From: Mytilus californianus
Lineage: Eukaryota
Direction: 5' to 3'
NCBI RefSeq assembly: GCF_021869535.1
Contig: NW_026262581.1
Location: 92,504,001-92,568,000, forward strand
Length of the DNA: 64,000 nucleotides
Shown: piece by piece, positions 24,614-37,032 of the stretch
Position numbering within the stretch: position 1 is the first letter of the stretch
Layout: the number at the start of each line of letters is the position of its first letter
The notes under the pieces: model-generated
What the model saw: the letters and a program-made list of their open reading frames with translations, nothing else
What the model was told of the DNA's origin: nothing
The model's database searches: none
Translations under genes and position numbers: made by a program

Positions 24614-25819
24614 ATGTCTGAAAAACGACGAATACTTGTGTGTGGCGGTGGAAATGGAGCACATTGTTTGTCTGCACTCGCAGCTTCTCGGGACAATTTA
24701 GACGTACATGTTCTGACATTATTCCAAGACGAGGCGGAGAGATGGGCTAAACATGTTGAAAATGAAAATATGAAGTTAACAATAACCAAACAAGATGGAA
24801 CTCAATATGAAATATTTTCGAAACCTTCACTTATAACAAAAGATGCTGCTAAGGCCATGTTTGGGGTACAGATTATTTTTCTTGTAGTTCCAGCATTTGC
24901 TCACGCTCAGTATTTTTCCGCCATTGCGCCACACTTACAGCCAAATACACTAATTGTTGGACTCCCTGGTCAAGCTGGATTTGAACTTCAATGCCGTCAC
25001 ATAATTGGTGACAAAGCAAGCAGTTGTACAATCGCAGCATCAGAATCTTTACCATTTGCATGCCGAATTGTTGAATTTGGGAGACATGCCCGGATACTCG
25101 GACTGAAAGATTCCCTTGGCATGTCATCTTTAAAGGGTAAAGCATGTCAACTATCCTTTCCTGTGGTAGAAACAATTCAAGGAATTCTTGGAGAATACCC
25201 TAAATTAGAGCTACTCAAGAACTATGTTGCAATAAATCTGATGGCGGATGCTAATGTTCATCCTCCAATGATGTACGGAAGATGGGGAAACTGGGACGAG
25301 AAACCATTGAAGGAGGAACCCTTATTTTACCAAGGTGTCGATGAAAGACAAGCAGATCTTCTATCAAGGGTCAGTGAAGAATTGCTTGCAACTGCAAAAG
25401 CAATCGAACAAAAAAGAAAAGACGTTGACATGTCAGAGGTTATCCATTTGTTCGATTGGTTTAAAATTCATTATCCAGATCAGATAACTGACAAAAGTTC
25501 CCTAATGATGGCCATGAGAACGAATAAAGCATATGACGGTCTGGTACATCCAATGACAAAAACTGATGAGGGTTATGTCCCAAATTTCAACTATCGGTAC
25601 ACATCTGAAGACGTACCTTTTGGAATGGTAGTTATGAAAGGAATTGCCGATCTAGCGGGTGTATCTACCCCAACCATGGATGAAATACTTGCATGGGGAC
25701 AACAGAAACTAGGAAAAGAATATATAGTTGGTTCAAAACTTACAGGAAAAGATATAGGATCAGCGAGGGCACCACAATCATTCGGAATGACCAGTGTAGA
25801 TGAACTTTTTGATATTTGA
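24614..25819 (+). CDS. odh: Opine dehydrogenase paralogue 2, 401 aa, single coding exon, divergent substrate pocket
   Basis: CGGGNGAH, LPGQAGFELQ, ASESLPFACR, MADANVHPP, DWFKIHY, YRYTSEDVP. Acceptor TTTCTAG ends at 24593; likely start is ATG 24614. Confidence 0.95.
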   Translation: MSEKRRILVCGGGNGAHCLSALAASRDNLDVHVLTLFQDEAERWAKHVENENMKLTITKQDGTQYEIFSKPSLITKDAAKAMFGVQIIFLVVPAFAHAQYFSAIAPHLQPNTLIVGLPGQAGFELQCRHIIGDKASSCTIAASESLPFACRIVEFGRHARILGLKDSLGMSSLKGKACQLSFPVVETIQGILGEYPKLELLKNYVAINLMADANVHPPMMYGRWGNWDEKPLKEEPLFYQGVDERQADLLSRVSEELLATAKAIEQKRKDVDMSEVIHLFDWFKIHYPDQITDKSSLMMAMRTNKAYDGLVHPMTKTDEGYVPNFNYRYTSEDVPFGMVVMKGIADLAGVSTPTMDEILAWGQQKLGKEYIVGSKLTGKDIGSARAPQSFGMTSVDELFDI

Positions 25820-25956
25820 AGAGGCTATTCTTGTATTTCAGTAAAAGTATTATAAAACTTTCTAGATTAAGCTTTAATTATGTAAACGGGTTTGTTTGTT
25901 CGTATATAATTATAAAAAATTTAATGCATTTTGTAGTATTATTGATAGGAACATTA

Positions 25957-26030
25957 CACTGAATGTTGATGTAAAGTTCGATGGTCACACTGAATGTTGA
26001 TGTAAAGTTCGAAGGTCACACTGAATGTTG
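25957..26030. repeat. Short tandem repeat, 31-bp unit, about 2.4 copies
   Basis: ACACTGAATGTTGATGTAAAGTTCGA(T/A)GGTC repeated just downstream of the paralogue 2 stop. Confidence 0.8.
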
Positions 26031-26656
26031 TTGATAAAAAAATCGATGTTCTTTGTTTAATGTTCTGTATAATAATTTGGGGTGAGTTATTAGATTGCTG
26101 AATTATCAGACAATTTGTCTAACGTACCTTCAATTTTTAGCTATTATACATTATACAAAAAAGATAACAAGCACTATCAAAAATAATTCCAAACCACAAG
26201 TAACTGCACCAATACAGACAAAAATAAGTACAACGTAAACGTTTCAGTGACACACTTAGGAAGAAACTCTAGTGAAGTTGTAAATAACAGAAAAATTATC
26301 AATAGTATAAGATCTACAAATGAATCAGCATAGCCAAAATCGTCGGTCGACTTCTTATGGGAGTTATTTTTCGTAAACGACGATTTTGGCTATCATCTTG
26401 AAAACTATAATAGATAAAAGAAATTTGTAAATAGCAAAACTGATTAGATTGACAAAATCTAAGAATAGGTCAAAAGGCAGAAACCGTCGATCGACTCTTT
26501 ATAGTAGTTATTTTGAAATGACGATGTACACCTAATTTTGAAAAAAAGCAGATAGAGAGAAACTGTAAATAGCGAAACTGATTAGACTGACAAAATCTAC
26601 AAATGAGGCCAGGACAAAATCATCCGTCGCCTCTTTATATGAGTTATTGCCCTTAA

Positions 26657-29600
26657 AGGGAAACTTCGCAAAAAAATGAAAAATTGATATTATGTTCGTT
26701 ATGTATAAAAAAGCACAAATTCATAAATATTAAAGTTTTATTCTGCTAGATAAGAGATCACCATCGATTTTAAATTTAGAGTATCAATTCTCCGCATGCG
26801 GCCATTTTGACATCCTGTCTGAATAGAAACCATGATATATCTATAAACCACAAAGTGCCAAAACAAGCAGTAACCTAACGTAGCCGTAATTGAGTGTCGA
26901 TATCTTGTCAAGCGTACGGTTGTTTTATCCGACAAGGAAAGCATAAACAGTTTCCCGGGTCACAAAAAAGATTATAATAGACATGGTTGTGCAACCTTTC
27001 CTAACTAACTTGATACGGAAAATGTAATTATATATATATTTTTTTAAATAACTAGTACTATGGTCTGTCGTTTTAAAAATTACTGTTTTTTTTTTAACTA
27101 AGTTTTTGAAACAAAAAATTTAATGGAAATTAGTTAATAGTCAAAGTTCAAAGTCATAAATAAGTGTTCCGTGTAAAATTGTTTTCGAAAATCTAGTTTG
27201 TTCATAATTCTTTTATGTAATAAACTTATTTAAATAAATTCGGACCTTCCCTTATCTGCACTAGCATGGCTTAAGAAATCCCAGAGGTATTGTGAGGTGA
27301 CACGTCCAGGTATTCAAGCGATTTCCTGTCGGGCTTTAAAACTCTTATTACACAATTACGTAAAGCAAGTTCGTGCATTACTTCACTTCTGAGGGTATTG
27401 CCGATAACTTGTAACTTTCCATTTTGAAACTATCAGGTGTAATATACATCTTTGTCTTGCGTGTCCGATAGTGATATACTAGTCATTACTAAACTCATAC
27501 GCTTGTTTATAAATAACCTTTCTGGTGTAAAGAATGATATTTATGAAAACCTAAATAATTCCAAAAAAAAAAAAAATTTGATAAAATAAAAAATCTATTT
27601 ACATATTTTCCAAGGGTAATTTGGGGAAAATGTAAGTATATACTCGTTGTCAATAAGTATGGACATCTTGAAACATACAAATATTGATTTAACAAAATGT
27701 ACGCACTTGTCGATCATTGGTTTATACGCCTAGATAGAAGGTTACGGAACTATAGATAGTCGCAATTTAGAATATATACATGTAAATTGAATATACGAGA
27801 GAAACATCCAGAACCAATCTATTTAAATACAGTTCGATATATTACTTGCTTTGGTTCATCGAAGTTATGGACATAGTAAAATCACAGATTTATTTTTCAA
27901 TAAGATTATTTTGAACAGTTTAAGAAATTCGTCATCATCACAATTGTTGGGTATAATTTATAATAATGTGAACATGGTTCTAAAAGTACCTGATGTCAAT
28001 TTTCCTGTTCCGACATGCATGTAATATATATGCCACTGGACGTACACTAATGATCCCCAAAAAGCCTATTTGAAGAAATAAAGAAACTTCACTGCGGATA
28101 GACTGATAGTAGTTGTATTAACGTCTGGTCAGCTAGAGGGTTGATTAATTTATTTAGTTAACTTGTGGTGGTAATAAACCATTCCCAATATTGCACTTAT
28201 GCATAAATATCAAATGAGAGTAATATAAGAGAAAATATAAATACGAAAAGTCGCATATCTGGTACAAAAAGTCTCACCATGAACTATAGGATTTTACGTA
28301 CGATTGTCATCGAAATAACGGACAGTCATTTAAATACATGCATGTACGCTGTGATAAAAAGGGGTGTCGCAGTTGCAAAGTATTCATCATAAATCTATTT
28401 CAAGTTTATACTTTCCTGTTATTTTTATAAGTTAACGCAGAGACATGTATACATCTCTAGCTAACGACAATCAACTATATAAATATCTGAATCTGATGTG
28501 ATTTACCGTTCATGTCTTTCTTTTTCTCCTTTTTTGTTACTTTTGGCAGGAATATATACATATAAGATAGGTAAACGGACAGAAAGTCACAGGAGAAAAA
28601 GTCACAGGACATAAAGTCACAAATTTGATAGGACAAAAAGTCACAAATAGTTTGTTGACAATTGTTTGAATATATAAGAGAAAGATCTTGAAATATTTTC
28701 TTTTTATTACATATATTCATTTTTAAGTTTAGGAAATTGTTCATAAGCCTTGATAAATGAAAATTTATTAAATTTTATTGTGCAAAGGATATATTTGTTG
28801 GCACCATGAAGCCATAAGGATCAAGTCTCTTTGACATTTTGTTTTCATAGCAATTATTTGATCATTATTAATATTTATTGCATAAATTTTAATTACAAAG
28901 TTGCTTTATAAATAATAGTTTAAGGAAAAACCAAAATATTTCTTTTTAAATTAGTTTTTTCTTGTTCAAAGAAAAATAATCTCAAAACTGAATTGTGACT
29001 TTTTGTCCGTGACTTTTTGTCCTGTGACTTTCTGTCCTACATTCGTAAGATATACTGTTCCTGGGGAGGGGGAGGGGGGTTGGAGTTCATGTCTATCGAA
29101 AGTTACAAAATAAGAACGGTGTATTTATGAATTTACAAGAAGAATTCTGTTCTTGGGCGTAGTTTTCTTCTTTTTATTAGTTCAGTGATTTAAATTGAGA
29201 AAAAAAAAATCTAGTCAGAATTTAAATTTAATCGTTCCGGCAATCCCTCACCTAAGACGCCTCTAAAATAATGAATGGTCATGCTTCACAATCATCAGAA
29301 TTTTCGTTGCATTGGTATATTCTGTATCAGTAGTGATTAACCTTGACATTTCCGGGTATAACAGAGGTACTTGTATATTACCTGTATGTGGTTAGGTGAT
29401 CTTAGGTGACGTCCCATGAGGTCTTACGTATACAGGTTCACATTTATAATGGTTTCTGATATAACAATTAGGTTTTATGACATTCACACTTCTGCATGTT
29501 CTGTATACCAAATTCTTATCTTTTTTTCAGACCGAATGAGGATGTGAATATTTTTCAGGAAAAATATTGAGTATCAAATTAATTTCGGGATTTTTTTCTT

Positions 29601-30954
29601 TCTTGGTATTTAATCACAGAAATTTAAAGAATATACTGCTTGTCCGTTTTAGGAGTTTTCTTGTAAGTTTAAACAGACGTATATATGTCTCTGGTTTAGA
29701 GTGGGTTTATGAATGAATGATAAGTCTTGCAAAGGTACAAGATATAAAGCACATTGAAAATTTATTCCGCCGGTCTTTCTCCATTCAAAAAAGGAAAGTT
29801 GACGTTAGATTGATTCTGTTAATTTTTTAAAACATCGTTGGTCAAATAGCTAAAGAATTTATACGTTGTGAGATTTAGAATATTTTAATCAGGGAATTCC
29901 CGATTAGGTAAATGTAGATCGCTTTGGACGGACCAAACTATATTAATGTAACTGATAATTTTCTCTGCACATTTAAATAAATATTCAAGATAACCGATGA
30001 TAATTTGAAATAGTACAGTTTTGATTTATACGCTCGTTTTCGTGAGCCATTTTTATCTATAAAATTATTTAATTGAAAGTAATTCAGAATTTCGATGTTA
30101 CAACAAAATGATCACTTATTTATTAAAAAAATTGAGCTAACGCAAACTATTAAAAAATATAAAACGGCGATTCAGTTATTTTGCCACCATATTCCTCCCC
30201 AAATAATAAAAAAAAATATCCTGTCTCAAACCCGCACTTCTGTTTTATCCTTTTTCCCCCCATGTTTTTCATACTTACAACGGTGAACCCTTGAGGCCAA
30301 ACAAAACTCTTGTGAAGATCAAAAGATTAAAATTACATAATGCTAATCTTTTAATAACCGTGAATTTAACCACGCCTTTACCAGGTGGTGTCAGTATAAT
30401 ACACATGCATTGTATTTACACAGTACTAGACTGAAGCAAGGATTTGTATAGTAAGACAAATCCTCGACTGAAGTAATAGGTGAGAATACAAACATGCATT
30501 TTTATTACACTATCAGTTGTATATGTTTGTTCAACATATCCGTCGGAAACAAAATCATAAAAACATTCTATTGTATGATTTACTTTTATTACTATAATCA
30601 TATCAGAAATCCTTAAAATATAAAAGGTGTATTTTAATTTTAAAAGTTGCACGGCTGATCACTTTTCTTTCTGAATTATTAGTTGGTTAATAGCTACGCC
30701 AAAAGTCGTCGATGCGCTTTAAATCGCGTTATAAGATGATTAACGAACAAGACTTAAAATGAGATTAATCCACTCCCGGCATGCAAAAAGACTTAAACTA
30801 CGTCACAGAAGTCAGGAAGTTCGAATAAATAAAATTAATAATTCCCAATTTTCTTCTTTATTAGTGTTCATATCCAGATAAAACTTGGTGAATATGTTTT
30901 TTATTGTATTATGAACATAATAAGATGATAAGTAAAAAATCGCGAATTTTCCCT
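26657..30954. mobile_element. 4.3-kb non-autonomous Kolobok-like element
   Basis: Ends AGGGAAACTTCGCA / CGCGAATTTTCCCT (14-bp TIR, 2 mismatches) with TTAA on both sides. Removing it rejoins the HINE core unit (GAGTTATTGCCC-TTAA-ATCACAATTTTT). No transposase ORF inside. Confidence 0.65.
28570..29044. mobile_element. MITE with subterminal GGACAAAAAGTCACA arrays
   Basis: Inverted arrays GGACAGAAAGTCACAGGA... and ...TCCTGTGACTTTCTGTCC; both flanks carry TAAGATA (7-8-bp TSD). Confidence 0.75.
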
Positions 30955-32034
30955 TTAAATCACAATTTTTCGGGGTTTTTTTTGGGGTTGCGGAAACTGT
31001 AGTAGATAGAGAGAAACTCTAAATTTCTAAAAAAGGATCAGCAGGGCAAGATTTACAAATGAGTCAAACGGCCAAAATCAACTGTCGACACCTTAATATA
31101 GATATTGTCCTTGAATAACGATTTTTACCCATTTTTTGGTGTTATTTTACAGAATCTAGAACATAGAGAGAAACATAAAGCAAAAAAATATCTACAAATA
31201 AATCAAATAACCGAAATCATGTTGACTGTACTAAGTTTGAAATTTTGTCCTTTGAGAATTTTTATCCATTGTTTTGGTGGATTTTTTTGTACAGAAAACT
31301 TAATAGCAAAGAGAAACACTAAAAAGCAAACACACATGATAAGCAAAATAAGATCAACAAAAAAGTAAAAATTACTAAAACGTCCAGTTGACTCCTTATA
31401 GGAATTAATTAATTTTTTCTAACTAATTTCAGTATTTTTACCTAATATCTTGAAATCGATAAAAAGAATATGATGAGCAACATACGTTTTACAAATATGG
31501 CCAAATGGATGAAATCGCCAATCGGTTCATTTTCTTTTTATCTGAAAACTATAATGGTATATAGACAGAATCTCGGTCTAGCAAAAATTATCGCTTAGAC
31601 AAGATGGCTCGCATAGTGTCCATTCAACACAAATATTCTTATTGCAGTGATGCATTTCAATGCAAAATACCAGGTGAGCAATACAAGCTCATTGGAGTCT
31701 CTAGCTTCCTCGAAATGGTCAACGTCGAAGGCACACAGCTAAAATTGAGAGCGAAGCTAATCTAAAAAACAAATTAAATTGTTATGTCTTAGTCCGTCTC
31801 CACGTACAATAGCATAAAAACATTTGATTTATCCTCCCTCTACACAAGTACTCTTCATTTCAAACTTAAAGACACATTGAAAGAATGAATAATAACAAAA
31901 GGCTAAGATCGATACAAATATCTTATTTTCGGGTGGGATAAATCATGCGTTGATAATAAAAACTATCTGATACTAACAAAATATTCTCTGAAACTGAATA
32001 AGTTTGATTTTTTTTATTTACAGCATATGGGATA

Positions 32035-32270
32035 CCTTTGGAGGACGTGTTTTTCAACAGACAGTCTGTATTGTAATGGGATTCAAATATGTCCCTTTAT
32101 CATAATGAACCAGACTTCATAAGGAGGATGAAAGGGCTATCACTGTCCTTCAACTTCAGGTTCTGTTAAAAATTCCTCTTCACTTGATAATTCAAAGCGT
32201 GGTAACTATGTGGCTGATGTCTATTGCATTCAACTCGAAATGGATAATAGATACAGATGTTTGCTTCATA
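32035..32270 (+). pseudogene. Degenerate Penelope-like RT fragment
   Basis: FGGRVFQQTVCIVMG corresponds to FGDRVYRQVVGIPMG in the 58.1-kb RT; frame broken downstream. Confidence 0.6.
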
Positions 32271-32415
32271 TCATGATATACATCAAGAGTTTGGCACTGC
32301 ATCATACACATTCTTTACGCCAGTAAGATTGTAGATTTTCAATGAATTCTAAAAATAAACTTTGTTATAATGAAAATTAAGCTCTAAATGGCTAAACTTA
32401 CTAAGAAATAAGATA

Positions 32416-33652
32416 GGAGCAAGATGAGTTGTGAGATATTCGTCAATGATATAGCAACCAAACGACACAGAAGTAAGATGAGTTGTGGTGTACATCAATG
32501 ATACAGCAACCAAACGACACAGGAGTAAGATAAGTTGTGGTGTATACACCAATGATACAGCAACCAAACGACACAGGAGTAAGATGAGTTGTGGTGTAAA
32601 CATCAATGAAACAGCAAACAAACGACACAGGAGTAAGATGAGTTGTGGTGTATACATCAATGATACAGCAACCAAACGACACAGGAGTAAGATGAGTTGT
32701 GGTGTATACATCAATGATACAACAACCAAACGACACAGGAGTAAGATGAGTTGTGGTGTATACATCAATGATACAACAACCAAACGACACAGGAGTAAGA
32801 TGAGTTGTGGTGTATACATCAATGATACAACAACCAAACGACACGGGAGTAAGATGAGTTGTGGTGTATACATCAACGAAACAGCAACAAAACGACACGG
32901 GAGTAAGATGAGTTGTGGTGTATACATCAATGATACAACAACCAAACGACACAGGAGAAAGATGAGTTGTGGTGTATGCATCAATGATACAGCAACCAAA
33001 CGACACAGGAGTAAGATGAGTTGTGGTGTATGCATCAATGAAACAGCAACAAAACGACACAGGAGTAATATGGGTTGTGGTGTATACATCAATGATACAA
33101 CAACCAAACGACACAGGAGTAAGATGAGTTGTGGTGTTTACATCAATGAAACAGCAACAAAACGACACAGGAGTAAGATGAGTTGTGGTGTATACATCAA
33201 TGATACAACAACCAAACGACACGGGAGTAAGATGAGTTGTGGTGTATACATCAATGATACAACAACCAAACGACACGGGAGTAAGATGAGTTGTGGTGTA
33301 TACACCAACGAAACAGCAACAAAACGACACAGGAGTAAGATTAGTTGTGGTGTATACATCAACGATACAACAACCAAACGACTCAGGAGAAAGATGAGTT
33401 GTGGTGTATACATCAATGATACAGCAACCAAACGACACAGGAGTAAGATGAGTTGTGGTGTATACATCAATGATACAACAACCAAACGACACAGGAGTAA
33501 GATGAGTTGTGGTGTATGCATCAATGATACAGCAACCAAACGACACAGGAGAAAGATGAGTTGTGGTGTATACATCAATGATTCAGCAACCAAACGACAC
33601 AGGAATAAGATGAGTTGTGGTGTATACATCAATGATACAGCAACAAAACGAC
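32416..33652. repeat. Minisatellite, 54-bp unit, about 23 copies
   Basis: Unit GAGTAAGATGAGTTGTGGTGTATACATCAATGATACAGCAACCAAACGACACAG. The 54-bp period explains the 18-aa periodic ORFs on both strands. Confidence 0.95.
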
Positions 33653-34227
33653 ACAAACAAACAAAAAAATATCTAGCGGGCAACACAGTCTTTATTTAAA
33701 TATACATTTGATCATGAAGCGTGGAAATTTTTAAAACCCACAAAAATAAGAAAACAACCATTGTTTATACATTTATATACTAGAATTTAGTTTTATTAAA
33801 TATTATTTCAGCTGAAATGTCTATGAAACATTTACCATTGGACGTTAACAAAAAACAAGCCTGCTTCAAATTGTCTCCTTTGATTTGTACATATTTTAGG
33901 CGAGTACAAAATCGTTACAAAACAATAAACTACGTTATAAGTTGACTTATTAGGAACTGCATTCCATCTTATGAAGCGATTCATAAATAATATTTGTGTA
34001 TTGACTTGACATAATATACGGTTGAGGCTTAGAAACTGGGGAAATACGAAGCTTTGTCGATCATTTTGTCCCGTGTTGTGCCGGGCTAGCTTTCAGTTAT
34101 CTAATATTGAGATTATTGATACACAGTAATAGCCCTGATAATTACCGGTAGTGACCACTGTCGCAAAAGAATGACCTCGTATTGTTATGACCGACTCCAT
34201 TTGAGACAAAAAGATGGTTTTCTGCAC

Positions 34228-34425
34228 CATTGTATCAGGTATAAATACTGGTATATGGTGCAATCTATCAGGTAACAACATTATAAATACTAGTATATGG
34301 TGCCATCTATCAGATAGCAACATTATAAATACTAGTATATGGTGCAATGTATCAGATAACAAAATTATAAATACTAGTATATGGTGCAATCTATCAGATA
34401 ACGAAATTATGAATACTATAGTATG
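34228..34425. repeat. Minisatellite, 42-bp unit, about 4.5 copies
   Basis: Unit TGCAATCTATCAG(G/A)TAACAACATTATAAATACTAGTATATGG. Confidence 0.85.
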
Positions 34426-35030
34426 TGGTGAAATCTAGTTTAGAATCTAAACTTAAGAATATTGTTTATCAGTATGGTCCCCAAACAATCAAAATCTTAA
34501 AACTAAAATAAAAAAAGAAAAGTAAAGAGAAGGCATAGGGCTGCATGGTAGATCACCAACAAATAACATTACATTAACCGAGGAGAAATGATGTATGAAA
34601 TTACACACAATCTTGAAGCAATAGACCAATACCTTAATCTTGTCCCTTAGTCAACCAAAAAACAAGGTACACCAGTAATCACCAGTTTCAAACACTAAGC
34701 ACTAGAACAGACTACAGCAAATACAGATATTACCAATTTACAGTTGTTTTGTAGAATTCTTTACACAAAACATCCCCAATCTCTTTATTTATCAGTTTAA
34801 ATCACTGTTCCAAATCCAGTATATTCGGGAGTAGACCTTTAGATCAGTTTACAAATATGCAAATGCGTTATATAGTTTTGGTACTTTTTTAATTTTTGCT
34901 GTAATACTCTACCGTATAGAAATAAAATTTCTTAACTTACATTAATATAGTCATATATTTAAATAAACAATTTGCAAAACTTGAAGTTGTTAGAAAAAAT
35001 TAAGGATTTTCTACCGCCATGAATAGATTA

Positions 35031-35308
35031 CATTCTGTTTGTGCCTGTCCCAAGTCAGGAGCCTGTAATTCAGTGGTTGTCGTGTGTTGCTGTATATCAT
35101 ATTTGTTTTGTACATTAATCAGGCAGTAAGTTTTCTCGTTTGAATTGTTTTACATTTGTCATTTCGGGGCCTTTTATAGCTTACTATGATGTATGAATTT
35201 TGCTCATTGTTGAAGGCCGTATGGTGACCTATAGATGTTAACTTTTACGTCATTTTGGTCGGAGAGTTGTCTCATTGGCAATCATACCACATATTCTAAT
35301 TTTTATAC
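35031..35308 (+). mobile_element. PLE-terminal repeat (related subfamily) inserted into a retrozyme-like unit
   Basis: GTGCCTGTCCCAAGTCAGGAGCCTGTAATTCAGTGGTTGTCG...GAGAGTTGTCTCATTGGCAATCATACCACAT, homologous to 60270-60550. Confidence 0.8.
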
Positions 35309-35365
35309 CTTAGGTGTATTTGGCAAAACGTTTCGGATTTTTCGGTCCTCATCCTTTTTTATTCG

Positions 35366-35410
35366 AGCGTCACTGATGAGTCTTTTATAGACGAAACGTG
35401 CGTCTGGCAT
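35366..35410 (+). ncRNA. Type I hammerhead ribozyme (minimal PLE/retrozyme type)
   Basis: GCGTCA-CTGATGA-GTCT tttat AGAC-GAAA-CGTGCG-TC-TGGCAT. Both core boxes, a 4-bp stem II, a GUC cleavage triplet and a pairing stem I are present. Confidence 0.85.
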
Positions 35411-36764
35411 ACAAAATTATAAGCCTAGTACCTTTAATAAGTTTTATTACAACGCCATGCATTATTGTGTCATTGACGTCGTCATGGCTACTTTCAATGA
35501 CACTGAATGTTCTTAGCATTTTGTCTTCTGTCGAGAAAGAACTGTAACGTAGGTTAGATTTTAGTAAAACGTGTTGAATTACGCCATATTCTTTAACAAC
35601 AGCTGCTGTGACAATCTAGGTAAGCTGAAAAGTCGATTATCTGCGAAAATAGTGATACAGTTAGTGTATTATTCGCCCGTCCGTCTATCCGGCCTTTGTC
35701 AAAATTTTCGTAATCGGTTATTATGCTTGAAAGACTATACAATGTGTACAAGTTAATATATGATATACCTAACACAAAAGTGATTACAAGCTTAAGTAGC
35801 AAATACACCATAATTGTATCATCATGGCTTAAAACATTTCATTTATATTATTAGCGATCATTTAGTGTGCCGATTGTTTTTGAAAATGATATATACCATA
35901 TCATTCTTTTCTGAAATGATCTTAGCAGTTTTCATTTTTTTAAGCAAATTGAAAACAATTTAAGCACAGATCTTTCATTGTAGCCTACTTTTTATTCACA
36001 ACTAAAATAATAATTTTTGACATCTCTAAAAGATAATTAACTATGCTGGGCTTTTTTTGTTATTTGCTTTTGTGCTTTGTATCGATCTGATGAGTTCTTT
36101 TCATAAGTTTGACTATCCGTTTGGTTTCTTCTGTCTCTCTTTTTCAACTGATTTTTACATTTTGTTCTTATGTTGAGCTGTTACACAACAAAAAGGGGCA
36201 TGAAATGTCGCATGTTCCCCAAAAATCTGGTTCAAAGTAGAATTTCAATCCCCTTGATACCTTTTCTTAAACTATTGAAATTAATCTATCACATGACCAA
36301 TAAAAATTGGGTGCCTTGAGTTTCGCCTCATTTTTTCGTAAAATGGAATCAAAAAAATCGTGAGACAAAAAGGTGGAAAAAAAACATTACCGAATAAAAT
36401 AAATTTTGGATCAATGTCTGGTATGGATATGAAAATACGGACTGTCATACAGAAAACATTAATAAAAAAAAACATAATACATACATTACACAATATTCAT
36501 ATTCATATAAACCCAATGTGAAGGCTATACTAATCTTCAGCTATCCAAAAATGAATTTTATTGCACACTACCATTTATATTTGAAAAATCTACCGTGGCC
36601 AAAAAGCGAAACCACACATCTAACTGTGGATTGCTACCTTATTGTTCTTTGGGATATTTTTTTTGCATTTGCGGACTAAATGGTACTCTATGGTCCGAAA
36701 ATGCAAAAAAAAAATCAAAAGGACCATAAGAGCTACGGTTCCGCAGCTATTTCTGTGTATGCCT

Positions 36765-37032
36765 GTCCTAAGGCAGGAAGGGGCCTGTGTTTCAGTGGAT
36801 GTCGTTTATTGATGAATATCATATTTGTTTCTCGTTTATTGTTTTGTACATAAATCCGGGTCGTCGGTTTTCTCGTCTGTTTTTTTTTTTTTTCATCATG
36901 CCTTTTTTAGCTCGCAATGCTCATTGTTCAAGGCCGTACTGTGATCTAGACTATAGTTTCTAACAACTACGTCATTGGGTGTCTGTTATATAATTGTCTC
37001 ATTGGCAATCATACCACATCTTCTTATTTTTA
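36765..37032 (+). mobile_element. Degraded PLE-terminal repeat copy
   Basis: GCCTGTCCTAAGGCAGG...CAGTGGATGTCGTTT...GTCTCATTGGCAATCATACCACATCTTCTTATTTTTAT. Confidence 0.75.

Larger units (their letters stand above)
26270..31706 (-). mobile_element. HINE-like element with ~150-bp core repeats, split by a Kolobok-like insertion
   Basis: Homologous core repeats (AAAATC..CGTCGAC.CTT.AT...AGTTATT) at 26335-26652 and 30959-31410. HINE-type terminus GGTGAGCAATACAAGCTCATTGGAGTCTCTAG at 31673-31704. Confidence 0.6.

Noticed and set aside
32349-33699. Long repetitive ORFs (252, 367, 404 and 182 aa) as genes, or the array as a CRISPR
   Set aside because: All derive from a 54-bp tandem unit. There are no unique spacers and no cas genes, and the DNA is eukaryotic.
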